From NCBI RefSeq assembly GCF_006345805.1, contig NW_021831670.1, forward strand, positions 1 through 34,562: a DNA stretch of 34,562 nucleotides. The letters are read 5' to 3'. The translations under genes were made by a program, and so were the position numbers. The notes beneath the pieces are model-generated. The model did not search any database. It was not told where the DNA came from and saw only the letters and a program-made list of their open reading frames with translations. This stretch comes from Octopus sinensis (lineage: Eukaryota). Below are positions 25,256 through 34,562 of the stretch, piece by piece; within the stretch, counting starts at the first letter, position 1, and every line of letters starts with the position of its first letter.

Positions 25256-25373
25256 GCAGAGGGGACAAACAAGGACAGACAAACGGTACTTATTTAATCG
25301 ACCCCGAAAGGATGAAAGGCAAAGTCGATGTCGGCGGAATTTGAACTCAGAACGTAATGGCAGACGAAATACC
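25256..25373 (-). mobile_element. SINE family B fragment (5' truncated, internal deletion)
   Basis: ggggacaaacaaggacagacaaac..atcgaccccgaaaggatgaaaggcaaagtcg..gaatttgaactcagaacg..gacgaaatacc. Confidence 0.85.
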
Positions 25374-25374
25374 A

Positions 25375-25602
25375 GTTTCTTTATTACCCACAAGGGGCTA
25401 AACACAGAGGTGACAAACAAGGACAGAGAACTGGATTAAGTCGATTATATCGACCCCAGTGCGTAACTGGTACTTAATTTATCGACCTCGAAAGGATGAC
25501 AGGCAAAGTCGACCTCAGTGGAATTTGAACTCAGAACGTAACGGCAGACGAAATACGGCTACGCATTTCGCCCGGCGTGCTAACGATTCTGCTAGCTCGC
25601 CA
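25375..25602 (-). mobile_element. SINE family B, full length
   Basis: Its reverse complement is colinear with 28614-28849 from the head (ggcgagctagcagaatcgttagcacgccgggcg) to the tail (ttagccccttgtgggtaataaagaaa). Confidence 0.92.
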
Positions 25603-25755
25603 AGGATAAAGTCAATATTATTTGACTAGTGTTTCATTTTATCAACCCGACTTGTTAAAGTTGAAGATGAGCACGGTAGGAATTTGAACTTAGAACATAA
25701 CGAATTAAGATAATGCTGAGAAGCATTTTCCTGATGCCCTAATTTGCTAATCCAC
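25603..25755 (-). mobile_element. Old degenerate SINE family B copy
   Basis: ggataaagtcaat..ttttatcaacccga..ggaatttgaacttagaacataa..aagcatttt. Confidence 0.6.
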
Positions 25756-26004
25756 TAATCTTTATTCATGAGTAAAAAATAAAAAAAAGTGCAGTTTGCA
25801 TGTATATATTTCTTGTTTTTCTGCTATGGTGTTAACAATCTTTATCCTTGTCTCTCTTTTGTCCTTCTCCATTATTCTAGAGAAGGACAAAAGATCTCGA
25901 AGGTGTTTTTAGAAAAGATTGATCCCATGTCCGAGATTTCAGAAACAGAACCGTCGTTAGGAGATTATGATATATGTATATTTGGGCCCCACATCAATTC
26001 AGTA

Positions 26005-26130
26005 ACAACAGCTGCAGAGGCAGCGGCAACAACAACATCATCATCATTCTCATCATCATCATCAACAACAACAACAACAGCAACAACAACAACAACAACA
26101 GCAACAACAACAACAACAACAGCATCAGCG
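26005..26130. repeat. Compound (CAA)n/(CAT)n/(CAG) trinucleotide repeat
   Basis: Direct reading. Confidence 0.9.
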
Positions 26131-27514
26131 GCAGAAACAAAAGCTGTGTCAAAACTTTATAAAGTGAGATATAGTTTATAGTGCCTCTCGTTTTATAATC
26201 ATCATTATGAAATTGATACTGGAGCGTTTGCGCAGGACATCAAATATAGCGGCTTCTCAGAGAACTCGAAACCGGCTTCAAAAGACTCTGAACTGAATCA
26301 CTATCAGGAGCCTAGACTTGTATGTACGCCACGGTGTTTACCATTGCTAAAGCAGTAACATCAGTTGATATATAAGGCCATGATCTCACCGTGTGATAGT
26401 GGCAACAAGGGGGTTATTAGAGCGCTTCATCGTCAGGTTTGGTTGAGTAACTACCAGCAAGACTCTGTGAGATCCTTGTTAGTGTTATTTATTTCACTTT
26501 GACATCATACCGCAGCCCGCCAGGTGAGCTGCAATGGCTGAATGGAGTGGGTGTCTAGACTTCTTGTCTACCATAGAAGATCACGAGTTCATATGATCCA
26601 GTCAGATCACAACTGTTACGCACCATCTTAAAAGAAAGAACTCTGTTTTACGCGCGATTTAACTGTCGGAATAAAACTGTGAAGAATCAAAAAAGAGAAA
26701 GAGAGAGAAAAGTGAGAAAGATAGATAAGATAGGGGGAAGATTTACTGTTGCTGGTGTTGTTTGGACCTAGTTAAATAATGTTTATATAGATCTATGATC
26801 AAAGAAAATCTATGCTCAAAGAAAATCTATCCGTAATTTACAGGTCTTTTTTTTTTAAGGTTTCATTGTAACGAAAATTACGTCATTCAGTTTGACCTTA
26901 GGTCTTTGAAGTAGAAATTCACTTCTGTTTTTGTCAGTTGAAGTGACCACATATATCACTCCTAGGGACACAACAATTGCACCAAGCCTCACTCAAATGT
27001 ACGTGTGAAAGAGAGAGAAACCCAGAGAGAGGGGGGGGGGGCGAGAGAACGAGAGAGAAAGAGAGAGTGTGTGTCGCGCGTCTGTTGAGGCAAATGAAGA
27101 ACAAAGCTTAACTAGTAACATGCTAGACTAAGCAACCTAAGAATATTCCATTATCTCCCTTTATAATACATCGAAAGACTTGACTCAACTTTATAGGATA
27201 TTCTGTCCACTGCTCCAATGATTATGTCACGCTACAAATTTTCGAGAAAATTTATTGAAAAGTAAAAAGAAAAACATCATTTATTTCGATTATTTTAATA
27301 TTTAACCTCTAATTTTGTTTTCTTTAAAGACAATGAGCATATAATCTATAAGATATTGATTTCCTTCGTGTTAGGCAAAGAATGTTCTTCAAAACACTGA
27401 ACTAACCGCCCAATACTTAGCGTGACCAGGGATAAATGTTTCACGGAAAAGTGTAGGTTTAACGTAATTTTCAAACGGAAGATACAGGTTAGAGTATGAA
27501 AAGTATATACATTT

Positions 27515-27836
27515 AAGGTGGCGAGCTGGCAGAAACGTTAGCACGCCGGGCAAAATGCTTAGCGGTATTTCGTCTGTCTTTACATTCTGGTTTCAAATTC
27601 CGCCGAGGTCGACTTTGCCTTTCATCCTTTCAGGTTCGATAAATTAAGTACCAGTTACGCACTGAGGTCGATGTAATTGACTCAAAAATTCCGGCCTTGT
27701 CACATTCTGTGTCACACAGAACCCTCTGAGAACTACGTGAAGCGTATGCTCAACCCCTTCACATTAGTTTTACGAGTAAGCTGTTCCGTTGATGGGATAA
27801 ACCGCAACCCTCATCGTCGTAACCAGCGGAGGGCCA
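27515..27836 (+). mobile_element. Chimeric SINE: family B head/body joined to a family D 3' tail
   Basis: 27515-27680 matches 28614 onward. From ggccttgtcac (27693) to ctcatcgtcgtaaccagcggag it matches the tail of the 31043-31410 element. Confidence 0.85.
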
Positions 27837-27911
27837 GTTATAAAGATTCTACGAATTCACAATTTTTATTTTTTTCTAATTATTCACAAATTCTCGAATT
27901 TTGTAGGGAGG

Positions 27912-28030
27912 TGTTAGTCGATCACATCGACATCAGCACTTGATTGAAACTTCATTCTATCGATCAGGGAGGGATGAACTGCAATACTGATTACGGCAGG
28001 ATTAGATCTCAGGACCTAAGGTTTCAGAAG
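27912..28030 (-). mobile_element. Degenerate SINE family B remnant
   Basis: agtcgatcacatcgacatcagc..tatcgatc..ggatgaa..gattagatctcagga parallels 25440-25535. Confidence 0.5.
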
Positions 28031-28613
28031 AACTGTTTCAATGTCTCTGCCAATCAACCGTAGTATATATAATATATCATATAAGAAATAGTTTCTCAGT
28101 AAACATAATTGAAATCCGGACATTAACAACATTATCCTCAATATAGTTAAGTGACAAATTCGAATTGATAAAATATGGAAGATACTTGCTCCTATGAAGA
28201 AACTTATATCTGTGAAAGATCAAGAATATGTGGGAAAAGAGAGGAGCGAGAAGAGAGATCAATAGAGAGATAAAAGATTAAGAGACGAGAGAAAGATTGA
28301 GAGAGACCTGGTCTGTATTAACTTCGAGGTGTAAAGAGGTTCAGGTAGGATCGAGTTCAAGGTTGTTGTGTGTTGCTGTTATTGGTTAGACTGAAGATCA
28401 CAAGTAGATCCGTGATTAAGCCGACGCAAGATGAAAGTAATTCCGCATATAACCATCTTGCTATTTTCATACGTGCGGCGGGCCCAGGTTAATGCATTTT
28501 CTAACATGATCTTTTAAGACAGTTGTGTGTCGCTTCTGACTGTGATGGCTATTTTTAGAAGGTCAATCGATCACGTAGATCCTCACAATAGTAAGTCAGA
28601 AACTCTAACTCCG

Positions 28614-28849
28614 CAAGGCATCGAGCTGGCAGAAACGGTAGCACATCTGGCAAAATGCTTAGCAACGTTTCGCCTGTCTTTACGTTCTGAGTTCAAATTC
28701 CGCCGAGGTCGACTTTGCCTTTTTCCTTCCGGGGTCGATAAATTAAGTACCAGTTACGCACTGGGGTCGATGTAATCGACTTAATCCCCTTTGTCTGTCC
28801 TTGTTTGTCCCCCTCTATGTTTAGCCCCTTGTGGGCAATAAAGAAATAT
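28614..28849 (+). mobile_element. SINE family B, full length, with a degenerate 15-bp TSD
   Basis: cgagctggcagaaac..gagttcaaattccgccgaggtcgactttgcc..gtcgataaattaagtaccag..gtgggcaataaagaaat. Flanks gaaactctaactccg (28599-28613) and gaaaatctcactccg (28850-28864) match at 13/15. Confidence 0.92.
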
Positions 28850-29117
28850 GAAAATCTCACTCCGGTGCTGACCATCCATTTGTTTCCGTATGTGCAGAGG
28901 TCTAAGGAAACCATATTGCACTCTACCTTCTTTTCAGAAATTAGGGTGTTATTTCTAGGAGATTTAGCTCATATTTCTAACATTTAAGTGATTAAGAAAA
29001 AGCCCACTTAATTGGGCCGGACAACTGTATTGAAAGAAGCCCTATTAGAAAATCAGTTCAGTAGATTAGGATTATCGACAAGACTGGAAATAAAATACCT
29101 TGTGGTATTAAGTTATG

Positions 29118-29378
29118 TGTGGAGGCGCGAGGCTTAGTGGTTAGGGTGTCAGCATCATGATCGTAAGATTGTGGTTTCGATTCCTGGACCGGGCGACGTG
29201 TTGTATTCTTGAGCAAAACACTTCATTTCCCGTTGCTCCAGTCTACTCAGCTGGCAAAAATAAGTAACGCTGAGATGGACTGGCGTCCCGTCCAGCTGGG
29301 GAACACATACGCCATTGAAACCGGGAAACCGGACCCATGAGCCTGACTAGGCTTTAAAAGGGCGCATTTATTTTTATT
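29118..29378 (+). mobile_element. SINE family C (tRNA head, CORE-like body) with a perfect 12-bp TSD
   Basis: Box A-like ggcttagtgg and box B-like gtttcgattcc, followed by gttgtattcttgagcaaaacactt. TSD tattaagttatg at 29106-29117 and 29379-29390. The CORE assignment is from recalled similarity to the MIR core. Confidence 0.92.
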
Positions 29379-30103
29379 TATTAAGTTATGCTATTTTCTG
29401 TGAAATATTACCGAATTCAGTTTGCCGTTAGCACTTCTGTGGTCCACAAAAAAAAAAAAAAAGAAACGATAGTCAAGGAGAGACATTAATACAGTCGATA
29501 GTTTGTCTCGTCTACAATGTTGTTTCCGTGCCAATTCTGGAAATAAACAGTAGAAAAAAGGGGGCAAATTGTGGATTTTTCACACAATGACCAACAATAT
29601 TCCTGTAACGTCTGTTGATCTTAAACTGTATTCGTTTCACGTACATTCTAGCCAACAGACGCGTGAAACATTCACTAACAGGAAACTGAATACTCCAATG
29701 AAGGAATCGAAATAAAATTTACAGAAACGTATAGAGACATTTACATATATAAATATATATACATAAATTTGGACACACGCACATACACACATACAAACAT
29801 ACACACACAAACGTGTATATTTATATATGTAGAGAATGGGTGCACAAGATATATACACAGAGCAAGCGTAACAGTTCAAATGTTTTCCCTTCTTCAGCAA
29901 TCTCGTTAAGGAATCTAATTGTATCGATAGTTCTGGGACAGAACTGCTACAATGCGTGCATCGACAAAACATTGGATGGGGTTGACGAGCAATTAATGCA
30001 GAGATCAAAGCACATAAACAGGTAGAAACACAAGGTGACTTCTAAAGACAGAACAGAAAAGGAGAAGAAAGGGATGAATAGTTAAAATTGTGGGATTATA
30101 TAT

Positions 30104-30411
30104 CACGTGATCACGTGACCGACCAGACCATAAGATGTTGTTACACATCGCTGGTCACAATGCGTTCGCATTGTTTTAGCCTTCGAATGACGACACCCCG
30201 CTGGCTAAGCGAGCAGGCCAACAGAAGAAAGAATGGGAGAAAGAGTGGTGAAAGAGTACAGCAGGGATCACCACCCCCTGCCGGAGCCTCGTGGAGCTTT
30301 TAGGTGTTTTCGCTCAATAAACACACACAACGCCCGGTCTGGGAATCGAAACCGCGATTCTGCGACCGCGAGTCCGCTGCCCTAACCACTAGGCCATTGC
30401 GCCTCCAGAGA
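30104..30411 (-). mobile_element. SINE with family D head and an alternative 3' tail ending ggtcacgtgatcacgtg
   Basis: Box A TGGCCTAGTGG (30386-30396) and box B GTTTCGATTCC (30342-30352) are intact. The body is shared with 31043-31410 as far as ..ctgttg. Possible 9-bp TSD attatatat at 30095-30103 and 30412-30420. Confidence 0.9.
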
Positions 30412-30434
30412 ATTATATATGATGAATGTAAATA

Positions 30435-30964
30435 TTGAGTTGTCCGGAAAGTTATATTTGCCATTACATTTTTAATCAACCAAGTATGAATCATTTTGTT
30501 GCACAATGCGTCTCCATCTTTCCTTTAACTTGAAAATACCCTCTTCCCAGAATTGAAGTGGTTTCATGGCAAAGAATTCATCAACGTATCTTTTTACGTA
30601 ATCCAAGGAATGGAAACTTTTACCATTAAGACTATTCTGCAGAGACATGAATAACTGGAAGTCCGAAGGTGCAATATCTGGTGAATATGGAGGGTGGGGT
30701 AATACATCCCAGCCGAGCTGCAGCAACTTTTGTCTGGTTCCCAAGGCATCAAGTGCCGAAAATGAACTTTCTTATCTTTCATTTTAAAGGGTTACTGAAT
30801 TAACACAGGTTATAGGAACATAAACCTTCTTCCACGAAAAGATAGCTTAAACTGTGCTCTAAATGGAGGTGTAGTCAAATCCTATTTTATGGACTCATTC
30901 CTGTTCTAAAATAAGTCGAAAGGTAAGCTACTATAAATCGGCATGAACTTTCCGGACAAACCAA
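30435..30964 (-). mobile_element. Non-autonomous mariner (Tc1/mariner, DD34D) internal-deletion derivative, 530 bp
   Basis: TIRs ttgagttgtccggaaagtt (30435-30453) and aactttccggacaaaccaa (30946-30964) are complementary at 17/19. Flanks are TA (30433-30434) and TG (30965-30966, TA expected). Transposase remnants lie inside. Confidence 0.95.
30472..30782 (-). pseudogene. Mariner transposase remnant: N-terminal stub fused out of frame to the C-terminal ~90 codons
   Basis: MKDKKVHFRHLM is a mariner-type N-terminus. TRQKLLQLGWDVLPHPPYSPDIAPSDFQLFMSLQNSLNGK..GIFKLKERWRRIVQQNDSYL contains the YSPDLAPSD-type motif with the third catalytic Asp. Confidence 0.93.
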
Positions 30965-31042
30965 TGGTACATGCATCTTTCTCGCTACAATATAACATTA
31001 GTGATTTACAAGGAAAATAAACGAAATAAAACAACAGCATAT

Positions 31043-31410
31043 GGAAGCACTCCGTCGGTTACGACGACGAGGGTTCCGGTTGATCCGAATCAACGGAACA
31101 GCCTGCTCGTGAAATTAACGTGTAAGTTGCTGAGCACTCCACAGACACGTGTACCCTTAACGTAGTTCTCGGAGATATTCAGCGTGACACAGGGAGTGAC
31201 AAGGCCGGCCCTTTGAAATACAGGTACAACAGAAACAGGAAGTAAGAGTGAGAGAAAGTTATGGTGAAAGAGTACAGCAGGGATCACCACCATCCCCTGC
31301 CGGAGCCTCGTGGAGCTTTAGGTGTTTTCGCTCAATAAACACTCACAACGAAACCGCGATCCTATGACCGCGAGTCCGCTTCCCTAACCACTGGGCCATT
31401 GCGCCTCCAC
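31043..31410 (-). mobile_element. SINE family D, full length, perfect 15-bp TSD, box B deleted
   Basis: TSD aaaacaacagcatat at 31028-31042 and 31411-31425. Head gtggaggcgcaatggcccagtggttagg. Tail ..aaccctcgtcgtcgtaaccgacggagtgc. A 16-nt deletion relative to 30333-30348 removes box B. Confidence 0.95.
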
Positions 31411-31465
31411 AAAACAACAGCATATAGGAGGTGGAGGGCAAAAACAAAAAGGACAACGCAATAGT

Positions 31466-31677
31466 CTTTTTATATTTTACATACTTGTTTCAGTCATTTG
31501 ACTGCGGCTATGCTGGAGCACCGCCCTTACTCGAGCAAATCGACCCCAGGACTTATTTTTTTGTAAGCCTAGTACTTATTCTATCGTTCTCTTTTACCGA
31601 ACCGCTAAGTTTCGGAGACGTAAACTCACCAGCATCGGTTGTCAAGCGATATTGGAGGGACAAACACAGACACACAA

Positions 31678-31734
<57 letters not shown>

Positions 31735-31828
31735 GATATATACGACGGGCTTCTTTCAGTTTCCGTCTACCAAATCCACTCACAAGGTTTGGTCGGCCTG
31801 AGGCTATAGTAGAAGACACCTGCGCAAG
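31466..31828 (-). mobile_element. SINE family A, 5' truncated
   Basis: cagtcatttgactgcggctatgctggagcaccgcc..cgggcttctttcagtttccgtctaccaaatccactcacaagg..gaagacacctgcgcaag. Confidence 0.92.
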
Positions 31829-31980
31829 AGCCAGTCTTGTCACACTCTGTGTCACGAGGACTACGTTAATGGTGCACGTGTCTGTGGAGTGCTCAGCCAC
31901 TTGCACTTTAATTTCACGAGGAAGCTGTTCCGTTGATCGTATCAACTGGATGCCTCGTCGTCGTAACCGGTGGAGTACCA
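31829..31980 (+). mobile_element. Isolated family D 3' tail module abutting the family A fragment
   Basis: gtcttgtcacactctgtgtcacg..gtctgtggagtgctcagccacttgcac..gctgttccgttgatcgtatcaactgga..cgtcgtcgtaacc matches the reverse complement of 31043-31206. Confidence 0.9.
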
Positions 31981-32344
31981 CGATTAATTTATTTAATGGC
32001 TTTTCAATAACACAGAATCCTAGTAAAACTATTAGAACAATTCAACGACATACACAGAATTTCACCTGCAAAAAAAAAAAAAAATGTTGACGCGCCAGTA
32101 ATTCGATGTTTGATCCATGACGGATCAGAGAATAACAGAGATCGATTCGTATAAGAGTTAACATAATTCACAACACCTGCATGGCAAACTGTCTGACTTC
32201 GATGGCTAGCGGTTTATTTTTTTGTTTTTAATTTCTTTCAAAGATTCCTACTTAGGTTTCTTTTTTTCCATTATATCTCTTTATCCTTCGTGATCTTTCG
32301 TATCTCTCTTTATACCCACTTATCATACTGTACACTCTTTTCCA

Positions 32345-32367
32345 CACACACATACACATATACACGC

Positions 32368-32456
<89 letters not shown>

Positions 32457-32636
32457 GCTTTATATATTATATAAACAGCAATCTCACTTTGACTTCTCCT
32501 GGTATTTCAATATGGGTAAACGTGTTTTCCTGCTCTGGTATGAATGCATATATATAGAGAGAGACATGTATATAAAAACACATATCTATACATATGCATT
32601 TACATATATCTGTATCTATTTATATGTATATATATA

Positions 32637-32673
<37 letters not shown>

Positions 32674-32693
32674 CTCAAACATGTACACACATA

Positions 32694-32728
<35 letters not shown>

Positions 32729-33930
32729 TATATATATATATATATATATCACACACGCATGCACATACAAAACACTCAAAGTTACATGGACACAAGGATA
32801 GCTATATGCGTATCTATGTCCATATATATATATATACATGCATACATATATATATATCGTATGACCAAGCAAAGAGTTGTTAGCAGGCAAGCAAAGATGA
32901 GTGAAGCGTGTCTCGAACCACTATGAAACAAGTGTTCCAGTAAAACATCACACACATAAATAAATAAATAATGAAATAGCATAACGAACAAACAAACATA
33001 TATATATATACACATATATACACATATATACATAGGTATATATATATATGCATACATGCATAAATGAATATGTAAAAGAAGCAAACAAATAGCGCTCAAC
33101 ACCATTCATGCACATCTGATTCAGACTGAGAAGTAGTGAAAAAATAATAATGATAGAAACAAAAAGAACTTAACAAAAGAAACAGGGAAATCCGATGATA
33201 AATAAATAAATAAAGAAGTAAATAAAAATATATCATAGAAATAAAGCAGAAAATGTTATCAGCAAATCCAAAATTTGGACTCGTAAACGCGTACGTAAAT
33301 ACACAGCCTAAAAAAAAAAGAGCCTACACGCTCACTCACACACAAATGAATGTAAGATCATATATATACATGTGTGTGTGTGTTAATATTTATATATATG
33401 TGTGTGTGTGTGTGTCTGTGTGTCTGTGTCTGTGTGTCTGTGTCTGTGTGTGTATGTGAGTCTGTGTATATATATATAGATATAAATATATGCATGTATG
33501 TGTATGTACATATATGTATGCGTGTGCATACATAAGCATATATATATATACATACATATATACGTATACATACGTATATAAGTATATACGTTTGTAAATA
33601 TATAGTGTGTAATATAATCATATTTGTATACATATATATATATATATTATATTATATATTATATATACATATAATATATATAATATGCATATACATATGT
33701 ATATAAATATATATTAATATATGTGTGTGTATGTGTGTGTTTGTGCGGGAGTATGTGTGACTTCGTGTGCTTATAGATGCGTTTGTGTGAGTGTCTGTGT
33801 TGTGTGCGTGTGTGTTCTCGCTGTGTGTAGTGTTGTGCTGTGTTTGCGGATTGCGTGCGTAAGTACGCGCATATGTGTGTATGTGTTTGTGTGCCACAAA
33901 TGTGTGTGTGTGTCTGTGTGTCACAAATGA
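32345..33930. repeat. Field of (TA)n/(CA)n/(TG)n microsatellites and low-complexity DNA
   Basis: Direct reading. Confidence 0.8.
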
Positions 33931-34562
33931 AAATATAATCTTATATCGAATTAGGTACGTAAATAAAATAAACGAAAAACAAAATTTAAATAAAGAATAA
34001 TAGAAAGCAAATGGAAATTGGACAAAAACAAATATAAAGAAATGAAAAAAAAACCGAAAATAAATAAATGAATAACTAAATAAATTACGAAAGAAAGACA
34101 GACAGACAGAAAGAAAGAAAGGAGGGAAGAAAAGAAAGAATACATTCGGCCTGTTTACAAGTTGGAATCTACCTAATATTCTACGAAGCAAGAAACTTTA
34201 TGACGCATGGGCTTGTTAAGTTGTGGATTATTAACCGTGTGTATTTTTGGGTTTCACCTTGAGGTCGCTTACTGTCATAGAGACGTTAAAAAAAAATCAC
34301 AACAGTAAAAATAGATACAAAAATGAAATAAGTAAAAAAAAAAATATCACCAAATATATATGATGATGGTGACGATCACAACACAAAAAAAAAAAATCAT
34401 TAAAACAAATAAGTATACTTGTAAAAAAAAAAAATAGCGAAGAAAAAAAAATGGCACATGAACATTTGACACGATACCTACAACGCTCTCGTGTGAGTTA
34501 TTGGCCATGAGAACTAGCTTACTGTGAAGAAAATATGAAGTTGAGTATAGGAGGTGTGTGTG

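Noticed and set aside
25789-26181. 130-aa Thr/Ser-rich ORF and the alternative poly-Q/H frame
   Set aside because: Openness is explained by the (CAA)/(CAT) repeat. There is no convincing acceptor, and a stop immediately precedes the Q frame.
29898-30021. Plus-strand 124-nt exon candidate after ttttcccttcttcag
   Set aside because: The acceptor is good but the donor (gtagaa) is weak, and the one open frame gives an unrecognised peptide. This is insufficient without RNA data.
30472-30744. Mariner C-terminal ORF as a SETMAR-like or domesticated gene
   Set aside because: It lies inside intact TIRs, lacks the DNA-binding domain and the first two catalytic Asp residues, and is out of frame with its own ATG.
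29118-31410. tRNA genes
   Set aside because: Box A/B-like motifs are present but continue into SINE bodies without an acceptor stem or a terminator; these are SINE heads.

Overview
This is AT-rich eukaryotic DNA, almost entirely non-coding. It is dominated by (TA)n, (CA)n, (GATA)n and trinucleotide microsatellites and by four recurring tRNA-headed SINE-like families, labelled A-D here. The repeat landscape resembles an octopus genome; this is inferred from recalled sequence character and was not searched. The only recognisable protein-coding sequence is a 530-bp internally deleted mariner (DD34D) transposon at 30435-30964. It has TIRs, a short N-terminal stub and a C-terminus containing YSPDIAPSD. 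Nearly all ORFs in the supplied track are microsatellite artefacts. I could not identify a host gene. The most notable structures are: (1) a ~210-bp inverted repeat pair (16182-16397 and 20064-20271) enclosing 3.7 kb, next to an NRF1/CCAAT promoter-like cluster and bracketing a candidate exon; (2) SINE heads and 3' tails shuffled in modular fashion at 27.5-32 kb; (3) close inverted SINE pairs that could form dsRNA; (4) ~235-bp local tandem duplications; (5) a few weak splice-site-bounded exon candidates. No novel system is demonstrated, and all findings are hypotheses to test.
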